Assembly: GCA_030913385.1 (NCBI GenBank)
Contig: CP133159.1
Location: 640,584-704,583 of the forward strand
Direction: 5' to 3'
Origin: Cytophagaceae bacterium ABcell3
GTDB lineage: Bacteria > Bacteroidota > Bacteroidia > Cytophagales > Cytophagaceae
DNA: 64,000 bases
Within the stretch, counting starts at the first letter, position 1. Each line of letters starts with the position of its first letter. Below are positions 39,723 through 49,432 of the stretch, one piece after another. The notes under the pieces were generated by a model. That model saw only the letters and a program-made list of their open reading frames with translations, did no database searches and was not told the DNA's origin. A program made the position numbers and the translations under genes.

Positions 39723-40499
39723 ATTATTCTGTAGTATGCAATAGAACTTTCCCCTGTCCTTTTTTTCAGCACTTCTACTTGTAAGAATTGATGAATTTGC
39801 CACACCTAACGAGGTTTTAGATAATCGAATAAACTCTTTGAAACTAAGTTATTTTTAGATAATTTAATATCTGTATTTAAACGTTTACAAACGTTTGATA
39901 AAAGTTTGCAAACGGTTTTGTTGTTGGAAATCAACGTATTGCTGTTTTGGACAATAAGAAATTATAAAGGAGATATATCCTGAATTTTGGGGATATACAA
40001 TCGTTATGGCCAATTTATGAAATACAGACTTTTACATATTATCTTTCTGTTGCTGATATTAATTGGATGTGATTTTAAAACATCCAGCGAATATTTTAAT
40101 GATGGAAATATGAAGTCAAATAATGGAGATTATGAAGGTGCTATAAAAGATTTTACTTTGGCAATTAATAAAAATCCTAATGACTATGAATCATATACTA
40201 ATAGAGGAGCTGATTATGCAGCAATTGGAAGGTATAAAGAAGCAATAAGTGATTATAATAAAGCTGTAGAATTAAATCCCAGCAACATAATGGCATACTT
40301 CAATAGAGGTAATTTAAAATCAAAATTAAATGATTTTAATGGTGCAATTGAAGATTATAATCAGGCAATTAAACTTAAGGGGGGAGAAAACCTTTATGTG
40401 GAAATTCATGATAATGATTTCTTAGGTATTCGCTCAACTGACGTAAGAATGGAAAATATCAGATTACAAAGTAAGCCTTCGGGCAAGTGCATGTTGATT

Positions 40500-41954
40500 T
40501 TATAATTTTACCCACTTCCCGGGTAGCAGTTCTTCCAGCCTGTTTACCGGGTGATTGTCTATTCTTTCCAGAACATCTTTCATCCATTCCAATGGGTTTA
40601 CACCGTTGATTTTGCAGCTTGCCACAAGCGAGTATATTTGGGCGGCTCTCTGGGCAGCATCATGTGAACCGGCAAACAGATAATTTTTCCTTCCTATGGC
40701 TACTGGCCTTATTGAGTTTTCCACCAGATTGTTATCTATCTCCAGCTTGCCATCCTCAAGATATATGGAGAGCCTTTCCCATCTGCTCAAGGAGTATTCG
40801 AGCGCCTTTCCAATAGGACTCCTAGGGGCAATATTAGGGTACAGGTTTTTCATCCATTCTTCCAGGTCGTCCAATGTTGTTTTTGCATCAAGCCTTGATT
40901 CCTTTCTTTCTTCAAAAGACATCCCGGCCTCCCTTGCTTTACGCTCAATATCATATAACTTCTGAAATTCTTTCAAGGCATGTTCTGCATTTTCTTTGTC
41001 ATTGTCCAATGCTTTCTCAAACATCCTTCTGGCATGTGCCATACAATGGAACAATGTTATGCCCTTGATGTTGGCAAACATATCATATACGTTATACCCG
41101 TCACATTGCAGGTATCCCTGAAAACCCTTCAGTATATCTGATGGCCCTTCGCTCCCGCGCCCGGGACGATAGTCGAACAGCACCTGTTTCCCGACAGGGT
41201 CATAATATACCCAGTAATACCCCCGGTGGATTTTACTTTTTTTATCCTTGTCGAGAACTTTTATGGGTGTCTCGTCTGCCATCAGGTAACCGGCTTGCAG
41301 TGTCCTCTTTTTATGCAGTTCGTATAAGATTTTAAGCTTGTTTACCCCTTGTTTTACCCAGTCTGACATTGTGGAAGAAGGAAAATTAAGGCCTTCTCTC
41401 TTAAATATCTGTATCTGGCGGTATAAAGGAAGGTGGTCAACATACTTGCTGACAACAAGGAAAGCGACAAGGCTTGCTCCGGCTATCCCTTTCTCTATCG
41501 CCCTGTATGGCAATTCTCCAATGGCAACACCCTCCCCTTCAGGTTTTGCGTATTTCGGGCGTACAATTTTGCGCACATGAAACTTTCCGGTGGTATATTC
41601 AAGAACCTCTGTCACCTCTTCCCCAATTTTTTTCATGCCTGAGGTATCTTCTTCAGGCTCAACAACCTCTTCCACCCTTGGTACATGTGCCGGTATAGGG
41701 AGGCGGCCCGGGTGCTTGCGGGCTGTTTCTTTTTTGACACGCTTAAACCTGACGACCTCCTCTTTTTCAGGGGCAGTTGCCTGCTCTTCACCAAGTCCCA
41801 GGTTTAACTGTTCCGGTGCGGACGAAGGCACAAAACGCTCGCTTTTGGTGCCATATATGAGGCGCTTCAGCTCTTTGAGCTCAAACTTCAAAAGTGCGAT
41901 CTCGGACATCGCCTCCTCATATTTTTCTTTATAGTCTATACCTTCGGCAAGCAT
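40500..41954 (-). CDS. IS66 family transposase (TnpC)
   Basis: 484 aa; LQCDGYNVYDMF and AHARRMF are typical of the IS66 DDE transposase. Confidence 0.85.
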   Translation of the reverse strand: MLAEGIDYKEKYEEAMSEIALLKFELKELKRLIYGTKSERFVPSSAPEQLNLGLGEEQATAPEKEEVVRFKRVKKETARKHPGRLPIPAHVPRVEEVVEPEEDTSGMKKIGEEVTEVLEYTTGKFHVRKIVRPKYAKPEGEGVAIGELPYRAIEKGIAGASLVAFLVVSKYVDHLPLYRQIQIFKREGLNFPSSTMSDWVKQGVNKLKILYELHKKRTLQAGYLMADETPIKVLDKDKKSKIHRGYYWVYYDPVGKQVLFDYRPGRGSEGPSDILKGFQGYLQCDGYNVYDMFANIKGITLFHCMAHARRMFEKALDNDKENAEHALKEFQKLYDIERKAREAGMSFEERKESRLDAKTTLDDLEEWMKNLYPNIAPRSPIGKALEYSLSRWERLSIYLEDGKLEIDNNLVENSIRPVAIGRKNYLFAGSHDAAQRAAQIYSLVASCKINGVNPLEWMKDVLERIDNHPVNRLEELLPGKWVKL

Positions 41955-42010
41955 GTTGCAAAGATAAATAATATACCTATGTAGGTGGTATTAGGAAAAA
42001 AAGAATAAGT

Positions 42011-42370
42011 TTAAAGATTTCCAGGACTTTTATATCTTTTGCGGTGCCTGACCGACTCAAGGGAAATCCCTTGTAAGACCAGTTGCAATACCGAGGCGGA
42101 TATTTCAGATTTGGTCACATTTTTGCAATGGACAGGTATTTCATAAGTCCCTCTTTCAAGGCGTTTGTGATACATACTGAAACCGTCGCCTTCCCATAAA
42201 AGGAGCTTGACATGGTTTCGGTTTCGGTTCAGGAAAATAAAAATGTCCCCGTTCATGGGGTTTTCGTTAAGTTTGCTCCTTACAATACCTGATAGGCTGT
42301 CAAACCCTTTCCGCATGTCGGTTTTGCCCGAATAGAGAAAGTACCTGCACTGGTGAGACAATGAAAGCAT
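42011..42370 (-). CDS. IS66 accessory protein TnpB (Orf2)
   Basis: GKTDMRKGFDSLSGIV...FIFLNRNRNHVKLL. Confidence 0.8.
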   Translation of the reverse strand: MLSLSHQCRYFLYSGKTDMRKGFDSLSGIVRSKLNENPMNGDIFIFLNRNRNHVKLLLWEGDGFSMYHKRLERGTYEIPVHCKNVTKSEISASVLQLVLQGISLESVRHRKRYKSPGNL

Positions 42371-42372
42371 GG

Positions 42373-42672
42373 CTAGCTGACTAATTGTTTAACAAATGAT
42401 GGATCTGCCATGCCGTGGAATATGACCTTGGCACCGGAAGGAAAGACAACTTCCATGTTGCCGGCCGCAGGGTTAATTTCATCAGGGCTGCTTACTTTCA
42501 GAGGGACAAATCCGGTACCGGGCTCCTCTGTTCTATATTTGCCGCACCAATAGATGAATTTTTGATAATTGATGTTCTGCCGAAGGCTAAATTCTTTTTT
42601 ACTGATACCGCTTTGTTGCCAGAGCTGATAAAGCTCACGCATCTGGTCAGATACTTTTGTGTTTGTTGCCAT
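42373..42672 (-). CDS. IS66 Orf1 (TnpA, HTH)
   Basis: 99-aa protein upstream of tnpB inside the IS boundaries. Confidence 0.7.
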   Translation of the reverse strand: MATNTKVSDQMRELYQLWQQSGISKKEFSLRQNINYQKFIYWCGKYRTEEPGTGFVPLKVSSPDEINPAAGNMEVVFPSGAKVIFHGMADPSFVKQLVS

Positions 42673-43125
42673 TATTTTGCTGTTATAGTTTGTAATGCAA
42701 ACTTATGGCGTTATTTTTTGGGAATAAAGATGTACTTGGCCGTAGGTATACATTACAAAGGGGATTTGCCTATGGAGAATTAAATAATTATGAAATGGCA
42801 TTTCACGACTTTGACTTCTGCGTAGCAAATAAATTTGACATAGATATAGCTTTGTTATGGAGAGGTGTATGTTATTATAATACAGGATTTAAAAAAGATG
42901 CTTGCAAGGATTGGCTTATATCAAACCATGAAGAAGCTAAAGAATATTTTAAAATAAATTGTCAGGGAATTTAATACAAACTGGCCATAACAGCATATAT
43001 ACCTCAGAGGGGGTGGGCGTTGTAAGTCAGGCTGTTTCTAATTATCTTACTTCGGCTTCGGAGGATACTGGACTGCTATAAAATCCCCCACTGCTTCAAG
43101 CTTAACGTTATAGGGCATTATAAAA

Positions 43126-43764
43126 ATGAAAACCTTCCATCTAATACTTTTATTTTCAATTATTTTTACTTCCTGTGACTGTAATCAAAGGGTTTTAGGA
43201 ACTGTAATAGATAAAAAAACAAGAAAACCTCTTGAGGGAATTAGTGTGTATAATAAAAATAAAAGATGGAATGTGACCAATACTGATTCTACTGGAAAAT
43301 TTATATTATCAAATGTTTCTGGCGGATTTCGTTGTCCACCAATGACAGTGATAATTGAAGACTCTAGTTACAATTATTTTGAAACTAAAATTCCATCAGG
43401 TAAAGGCAAAATTATTGAATTGACTAAAAAAGATTCCTTAAATCAATTTGTAAAACAAATAATGGATTCAGGGAAATATGGAGTGTATGCAGATTGGTCA
43501 AATTTTATTGAGATTAAATTTATTAATAATGAACAATTTGAACTTGTGAATCAACAAACCATAGGAAGTCAAGGTGTATTCATAATGGAAGGCAAGTGGA
43601 AAGTTAAGGAGGGGGATATTGTTTTGTATAAAATAAAAATCATAGAAAAGTCTTTGAAAGTTGATATACCCAAACAATGGAGAATAATTAATGACGAATT
43701 GTGCCCCATAGATACGACTAATTCCGACTTAAACTATTGCCTAAAACCCGTAAGAAATGATTAA
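43126..43764 (+). CDS. Lipoprotein with carboxypeptidase-regulatory-like domain
   Basis: MKTFHLILLFSIIFTSCDCN lipobox; GTVIDKKTRKPLEGISVY...TDSTGKF. Confidence 0.55.
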   Translation: MKTFHLILLFSIIFTSCDCNQRVLGTVIDKKTRKPLEGISVYNKNKRWNVTNTDSTGKFILSNVSGGFRCPPMTVIIEDSSYNYFETKIPSGKGKIIELTKKDSLNQFVKQIMDSGKYGVYADWSNFIEIKFINNEQFELVNQQTIGSQGVFIMEGKWKVKEGDIVLYKIKIIEKSLKVDIPKQWRIINDELCPIDTTNSDLNYCLKPVRND

Positions 43765-43828
43765 CGCCCTATAACAACTATGGCTTCGTTAGGTATGTAA
43801 TGCCCACAATGAAGCCAGTGTTGTACGA

Positions 43829-44108
43829 AACCGGGGGTAACGCTATGGGGGGTGCTATTCTGGGTTGGGGTTTTCTGTAGGTTAGAATTGGGAACTAATG
43901 CAGCTTTTTGCAAAGTATAACAAGTCAGAACAGGGTCTATGGTTGGCTTAAAAGGATAAGGAGGCAGTTCTCACTCCTGTTCTAACATTGGTAATTAGGA
44001 TTTGAATAGGCTAACGCTTAAGATTGTATAACAAGAGCCGTATGATGGGAGACTATCAAGTACGGTTCTGTGAGAGGCTTGGGGTGAAATTCCCCTTGCC
44101 TACTCGAC
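43829..44108 (+). mobile_element. Group II intron remnant (domains V and VI intact, ORF-less; 5' boundary uncertain)
   Basis: Domain V GAGCCGTATGATGGGAGACTATCAAGTACGGTTC (44035-44068) matches the group II DV consensus GAGCCGUAUG...ACGUACGGUUC. DVI AGGCTTGGGGTGAAATTCCCCTTGCCT-A-CTC carries a bulged A 6 nt before an ...AC 3' end at 44108. Confidence 0.6.
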
Positions 44109-44221
44109 TATCAACGGTAATATTTATGTAAAAAGGAGCCCAGAAATTCTCTCACAGGTGTTATAGAAAATATTATCTTTGAAATCTATAACAATTGCGA
44201 TAGAATTTCATTGTATTGTAA

Positions 44222-45271
44222 ATGAGCGAAATAGTAGCCTATAAAGATTTTTATAAAGAAATAATTGATACGATTAATGCCAGAAGATATAAGGCATATA
44301 AATCGTTGAACAGGCATCACATAGAACACAATTTTGAACTTGGTGAAATAATTGTAAAACATCAGGAAAAACAAAAGTGGGGACAATCAATAGTTGAGAA
44401 ACTTTCTAAAGATATTACCAAGCAAATTGATGGACTAACAGGTTATTCGCCTCAGAATCTATGGAAAATGCGTCAATTTTATCTTGAATATAGAGAGAAA
44501 ACTGTACTGTATGAATTAGCCAAACAAATTCCGTGGGGACAAAATATGCTAGTTCTCCATCAGGTAAAAGACGACAATGAACGAAGGTACTATTTAGAAG
44601 CAACAGCAAGGTTGGGGTGGAGTCGAGCTGTTTTGTTAAATCAAATTAAAGCAGATGCTTATAAGCATCATGTGTTAGATAAGAAGTTAAGCAATTTTGA
44701 AGCTGCGTTACCGTCACATCTATCAGAACAAGCAAATGAAGCTTTAAAAAGTGAATATAATCTTGATTTTCTCGGAATTACCAAACCTGTCCATGAACGA
44801 GAAATTGAAAATAGACTAATTGAAAATATTCGCGATTTATTACTTGAGTTAGGATATGGATTTAGTTTTATAGGAAATCAGTATCGGTTAACATTGAACA
44901 ACAAAGAGTATTTTATTGACTTGCTTTTTTATCACCGGTTTTTGAAATGCTTGGTTGCAATTGAATTAAAAACTGTTGAATTTGAGCCTGAATTTGCAGG
45001 AAAAATGAATTTTTATCTTGAACTTCTCGACAGTAAGGAAAAGCAAGCAGATGACAATCCTTCAATTGGGATTATTCTATGCCCGACAAAAGACGATATT
45101 GAGGTTGAATTTGCTCTGAGGTCTAGTAATAAACCCATTGGTGTATCTGAATATAAATTAACTCATGAACTTCCTGAAAATCTAAAAGGAAAAGTTCCTA
45201 CTTCGAAAGAATTAAAACAAATGCTAACAATAGCTATTAGTAATGCAGGCGGTTCAGCTAAAGGAATATAA
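44222..45271 (+). CDS. YhcG/DUF1016-family PD-(D/E)xK nuclease-like protein
   Basis: The C-terminal YFIDLLFYHRFLKCLVAIELK core matches how I remember the DUF1016 family. Confidence 0.6.
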   Translation: MSEIVAYKDFYKEIIDTINARRYKAYKSLNRHHIEHNFELGEIIVKHQEKQKWGQSIVEKLSKDITKQIDGLTGYSPQNLWKMRQFYLEYREKTVLYELAKQIPWGQNMLVLHQVKDDNERRYYLEATARLGWSRAVLLNQIKADAYKHHVLDKKLSNFEAALPSHLSEQANEALKSEYNLDFLGITKPVHEREIENRLIENIRDLLLELGYGFSFIGNQYRLTLNNKEYFIDLLFYHRFLKCLVAIELKTVEFEPEFAGKMNFYLELLDSKEKQADDNPSIGIILCPTKDDIEVEFALRSSNKPIGVSEYKLTHELPENLKGKVPTSKELKQMLTIAISNAGGSAKGI

Positions 45272-45330
45272 TACTCCCCAATTTTCAGACCACTACTTTA
45301 ATTGATTTATAATCGTTAAATTAGTGAAAT

Positions 45331-45624
45331 ATGAAAGGAAAAAGAAGAAAGTTTACTGCCGCATTTAAAGCACAAGTTGCTGTTGAAGCTTTAAAAGAAA
45401 GAGATAGTTTGGCAGATTTGGCAAGTCGTTTTGAGGTTCACCCTAATATGATCAGTAAGTGGAAGCAAGAGTTTCTTGAAAGGTCCTCAGCAGTCTTTGA
45501 GAAAGACAGTTCAGAGCAAAATCAGGAGCCTTCTATTGATCCTGAAAAGCTTTATGCAAAAATTGGCAAGCTTGAACTGGAGAATGACTTTTTAAAAAAA
45601 AGCTTAGGAAAGTTGGGGAAGTAA
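45331..45624 (+). CDS. IS3 family transposase OrfA (HTH)
   Basis: MKGKRRKFTAAFKAQVAVEAL...; leucine-zipper end. Confidence 0.85.
   Translation: MKGKRRKFTAAFKAQVAVEALKERDSLADLASRFEVHPNMISKWKQEFLERSSAVFEKDSSEQNQEPSIDPEKLYAKIGKLELENDFLKKSLGKLGK
45592..45599 (+). other. A7G -1 programmed frameshift motif joining orfA to orfB
   Basis: TTTTAAAAAAAAGC. The -1 frame reads ...KKLRKVGEVKSLCSMVDTDHK, continuous with OrfB. Confidence 0.7.
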
Positions 45625-45638
45625 AATCTCTTTGTTCT

Positions 45639-46445
45639 ATGGTAGATACTGATCACAAGCTAAGTATTCGCTCCCAATGTGAGATTTTAAATATAAACCG
45701 TAGCAGGTTTTACTACTCTCCTGTTGGAGAAACTGAAGAAAACCTTAAAATAATGAGGGTTTTAGATGAACGGTACCTTCATAAACCTACACATGGTGTT
45801 TTGCAAATGCAGGACCACCTGAGAGATCTTGGTTTTACAGTAAACCATAAGCGAGTTCGTCGCCTATTGAGGCTTATGGGACTTATGGCCATTTACCCTA
45901 AAAAAAACCTCAGCAAGTTAGGCAAAGCTAAGTATATTTATCCCTATTTACTGAGAAACCTGGATGTTGAACGTACAAATCAGGTTTGGGAGATTGATAT
46001 AACATATATCCCGATGAAAAAAGGTTTTATGTACTTGACAGCCATTATCGATGTCCATAGCAGATATGTAGTTGGCTGGGGAGTATCAAACACACTCAGC
46101 GCTCAGTCGAGCCTATCGGTGCTGAAAGAAGCAGTAAGCAGGTATGGGAAGCCAGAGATAATAAACTCTGACCAAGGCAGCCAGTTTACCTGTGGAGAAT
46201 GGGTAAACCTGTTACAAGAAATGAGAATTAAAATCAGCATGGACGGCAAGGGAAGAGCCATTGACAATATTTATATAGAAAGGCTCTGGCGAACTGTAAA
46301 GCAAGACTATGTATACCTACATCCTGCTAAAGACGGTTTGGAACTTTACCAAGGGCTTGCTATATTCTTTGAGTTTTACAATTATGAAAAACACCATCAG
46401 GGAATAGAGCGACAGGTGCCATCAGATGTTTATTTAGCAGCATGA
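45639..46445 (+). CDS. IS3 family transposase OrfB (DDE integrase core)
   Basis: DDE motifs; HTH_21-like N-terminal region. Confidence 0.85.
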   Translation: MVDTDHKLSIRSQCEILNINRSRFYYSPVGETEENLKIMRVLDERYLHKPTHGVLQMQDHLRDLGFTVNHKRVRRLLRLMGLMAIYPKKNLSKLGKAKYIYPYLLRNLDVERTNQVWEIDITYIPMKKGFMYLTAIIDVHSRYVVGWGVSNTLSAQSSLSVLKEAVSRYGKPEIINSDQGSQFTCGEWVNLLQEMRIKISMDGKGRAIDNIYIERLWRTVKQDYVYLHPAKDGLELYQGLAIFFEFYNYEKHHQGIERQVPSDVYLAA

Positions 46446-46639
46446 GATACTGTTTTTCCTTACAATAGCAAAGGTAGCATGGTTATTTAACCTGTCAAGG
46501 CCAAGTGAATTCCTCCCTCCGGTCGGAAGCCTTGACAGATTAAATCTCCATTGCTAATATGCAATTGAAAGGAAAAAAAATATTAACTTAGAAATGAAGT
46601 GTAGTGGTCCTATGGATAGGTAGTATTATACTGTTCATA

Positions 46640-46867
46640 GGAGAAGAATACAAATTACAAGTTGGAAATAGCGATTTTTACATAGACTTGCTATTTTACC
46701 ATCGTGGTTTACAATGCTTAGTGGCTTTTGAACTTAAGGCAGATAAGTTTAAACCTGACCATTTAGGACAACTAAACTTTTATTTGGAAGCTTTAGACCG
46801 AGATGTAAACAAAATGAAAATCCAAGTATGGGGGTATTGTTGTGCAAAGACAAAGACAGTGAAGTAG
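46640..46867 (+). pseudogene. 5'-truncated DUF1016/YhcG paralog (C-terminal PD-(D/E)xK core only)
   Basis: YKLQVGNSDFYIDLLFYHRGLQCLVAFELKADKFKPDHLGQLNFYLE aligns to the C-terminus of 44222..45271 at about 55% identity. It begins at the IS3 right end. Confidence 0.65.
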
Positions 46868-47265
46868 TTGAGTATGCATTAAGTAGAAGCCTATCTCCTA
46901 CAATGGTATCAGAATAAAAAACACAGTTACCTGATAAAAAGCTTTTACAGAAAAAACTACACGAACTATTTAATAATCAATCAAACCTATGAATAAAAGA
47001 GTCGCAGCTGCCAACAAGCTATGGTTTTTGCGAGGGTGCAGTTGAAGCTTTACAAATCAAGTAATTAAGCTGTAATAAATCTTTATTATTTTCCTCCTTG
47101 GCTGGTAAAAATTAACCTCACCCTGGTCGTGTCTCTTTACCGACCAGCCACTGCTGTTGCTGTTTATTTGAATGGCAAATCTATGGTAGCGCAAAAGCTG
47201 AGATACATCCAGAGAGACTGAGGGTTATTACAAGCCAAAGAATAGTAAAGTGTTTCCTTAGTTCA

Positions 47266-49413
47266 TTAACAAAGATGTGTGTTTTTTGGTACTTTCAGTG
47301 ATAGCATATAATTCAGCAGCACCTGTTTTTTAGAAAAGTGGACTTGGTTTGCTACAAAAATAAAATTGCCGAGCGCAGAAAACAAGGTGTGGAGGGCCAG
47401 TTCATTATATTCTGTTTCATAAAAGTAAGTCAGGTTTCGAGACAAGTATTCCTCAAAGGCTTTGCGGGCGTCTTCATTTACCTCTGGTGAATATGATTCG
47501 TTGTTAAGTATGTCCGATATATGGTTTTTTAATTCCACCTCAAGCAAAGCCAGTGCCTTGAGGTTTTTCTGAATGACCTCAAAAGGAGTTGTAAAGTTAA
47601 TGAATTCCGTTGCTTCTGTTATTTTATTATATAGTTCTGTTTTTCGTAAATAATCTTCGTCTCTTTCTTTAAATGATCTGAACAGCTCTGTATATGTTGT
47701 TGCTGAGCCTGCTTGTCTGGCAAGATTAAGGAAATGGCAATAAATGGCTTTGTCATTTTCGGCAATATTGGCTTGCAGTTTCATCAGGTTTTCTGTGAGT
47801 TTCGGGATTAGCTTTGGGGCTTCCTGGGACTTGTATTTTTGTCCGTCATAGGCAAAACTCTTTATCTTGATTTTTTTGGAGGCAATTTGTTTGATAACAG
47901 CTAGGTCATTCTCAAGGGCAATGGAGACGTATACCATATCTGTTCTGGCCGGACTGAAAAACTTTTCCGAATCTTCTTGGAATGGTTCATTGCAGACGGA
48001 TGGCTCATAGTAAACAGGGTTTTTATTGTCATAATACCCGTTAAATGTCTTGTCGAAACTTAAGGCTAGAACCTCTTGATGGTACGCTTTAAAGAAGTCC
48101 TCGGTGCTATAACTTTCAGGCTCTTTTTCATATTCTACATTAGCGAATATTTTTTCGGTTTGCAGTACCTGAACTTTTTCAGGATTTGTCAAAAGGTTGT
48201 TAGCAGGAGAGTTGCTGCCTTTTTTCTGAATGTTCAGCTTGTCCAGCGCTAAAGCTCGTTCCTCCACAGGAGGGTGTGAAGCCCACTGGTCTTTTATTGA
48301 AAGCTTGGATTTGTTGTACCTACTTAGGTCTTCAGGTTTTACAGTGGGGAAGCCCACATTGAACTTTAGATTGCTTTCTTTTGCTTGGAAGTTCATTACC
48401 AGTGTTTGCTCTTTGAAGATATTTTGGCTTCTGATACATGAAGGTACTTTTTGATCATAAAAGGATAAGACAGCGCTGTAAGAATAATCTGCAAGGTCTA
48501 ATCTTAGTAAAGCTGTTTTCAATGCTTCTGAACCTGCAACATTGGCTGCAACTTCATCTGCATGAAACTCCATTTCCCTCGATAGCCCCATATAACTCAA
48601 GTTAATGAAGTCGTATAGTTTTTTCAGTATCCACTGAATACCCTTAATGATTTGAACCGAGATGTAAACAAAAATTGCAAAGTATCCGATGAAGTTGGCC
48701 CATTTCTCAATCATTTTTTCAAACGATTCATTTTCATAGAGCATGTTATAAATTACCTGATTCACATTATATACATAGCTTCCTACCTTCATGCTTTTCT
48801 GCGAAAAATGCCCCAACTCATGGGCGATGATTGCTTTAAGCTCATTTTCAGATACCGTATTAACAAGACCCATCCCGATTTGCAGGTTCTTTTTGACGGG
48901 AAGAAACATACTCCAGAAACCAGAGTCGTAGAAAACACTTGCATTTACTTCAGGTGATAGATATACTTTTTTAGGGAAGGTTGTATTGGTTTCGCGAACT
49001 ATTTCCTCTATAAAAGAAAAAAGGCGGGGTTCCTCTTCCCGTGTAATTTCTGTCAGATGCGTGCGGTCGGTTTTGTGTTTTTTGAAAATGAACTTTATTA
49101 GAAATATAAGTATCAGAAAGCCCAGGCTTATTAGTCCGGCACCGACGCCAACGGTAAGGAAATTGGGTTTTGCTGCTATTATAACTATTCCAGCCGCCGC
49201 ACAAGCTAGTGTCAGGGCAACAGCAAGTCCTGCCATAATAATATAGGTGACGGTAAAAATCAAAATTGCTGCAATTGCCTGAGTTGCCTTTTTCTTAAAG
49301 GTATTAGATACTTTTATATTCATGTGATGTTTTGTTTCTAGTGAAGATAAAATACGTAAGAATTGTGATAAAGATATTGGGTTTTTCAATAACTTGATGC
49401 CATGTTTAGTCAT
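47266..49413 (-). CDS. M48/M56-family zinc metallopeptidase with TM N-terminus and large C-terminal extension
   Basis: HExxH in IIAHELGHFSQKSM; N-terminal TM helices. The start may be the internal Met near 49320. Confidence 0.65.
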   Translation of the reverse strand: MTKHGIKLLKNPISLSQFLRILSSLETKHHMNIKVSNTFKKKATQAIAAILIFTVTYIIMAGLAVALTLACAAAGIVIIAAKPNFLTVGVGAGLISLGFLILIFLIKFIFKKHKTDRTHLTEITREEEPRLFSFIEEIVRETNTTFPKKVYLSPEVNASVFYDSGFWSMFLPVKKNLQIGMGLVNTVSENELKAIIAHELGHFSQKSMKVGSYVYNVNQVIYNMLYENESFEKMIEKWANFIGYFAIFVYISVQIIKGIQWILKKLYDFINLSYMGLSREMEFHADEVAANVAGSEALKTALLRLDLADYSYSAVLSFYDQKVPSCIRSQNIFKEQTLVMNFQAKESNLKFNVGFPTVKPEDLSRYNKSKLSIKDQWASHPPVEERALALDKLNIQKKGSNSPANNLLTNPEKVQVLQTEKIFANVEYEKEPESYSTEDFFKAYHQEVLALSFDKTFNGYYDNKNPVYYEPSVCNEPFQEDSEKFFSPARTDMVYVSIALENDLAVIKQIASKKIKIKSFAYDGQKYKSQEAPKLIPKLTENLMKLQANIAENDKAIYCHFLNLARQAGSATTYTELFRSFKERDEDYLRKTELYNKITEATEFINFTTPFEVIQKNLKALALLEVELKNHISDILNNESYSPEVNEDARKAFEEYLSRNLTYFYETEYNELALHTLFSALGNFIFVANQVHFSKKQVLLNYMLSLKVPKNTHLC

Positions 49414-49432
49414 GCTTTAGTAAATTAATGTT

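Larger units (their letters stand above)
40471..42751 (-). mobile_element. IS66-family insertion sequence (2281 bp) with 8-bp TSD ATTACAAA
   Basis: Imperfect 21-bp inverted repeats GTAAGCCTTCGGGCAAGTGCA / TGTACTTGGCCGTAGGTATAC (16/21). Direct repeats ATTACAAA at 40463-40470 and 42752-42759. Three ORFs: tnpA, tnpB, tnpC. Confidence 0.85.
39987..42974 (+). pseudogene. TPR-repeat lipoprotein gene interrupted by the IS66 insertion
   Basis: 5' part 39987..40470 (MKYRLLHIIFLLLILIGCDF plus TPR repeats) and 3' part 42760..42974 rejoin in frame across the 8-bp duplication as ...NIRLQRGFAYGELNNYEMAFHDF... Confidence 0.7.
45290..46611 (+). mobile_element. IS3-family insertion sequence (boundaries approximate)
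   Basis: orfA 45331..45624 and orfB 45639..46445 (DDE: WEIDITYIP, SDQGSQFT). Terminal GACCACTAC / GTAGTGGTC match at 45291 and 46602. Confidence 0.6.

Noticed and set aside
43770-44220. Considered RNase P RNA or tmRNA because of GGGCTCC-like and GGGG...CCCC T-arm-like strings in this ORF-free gap
   Set aside because: No P4 consensus (AGGAAAGUCCGGGCUCC / ACAGAAxCCGGCUUA), no tRNA-like acceptor or T-loop. The conserved strings fit group II intron domains V/VI much better.
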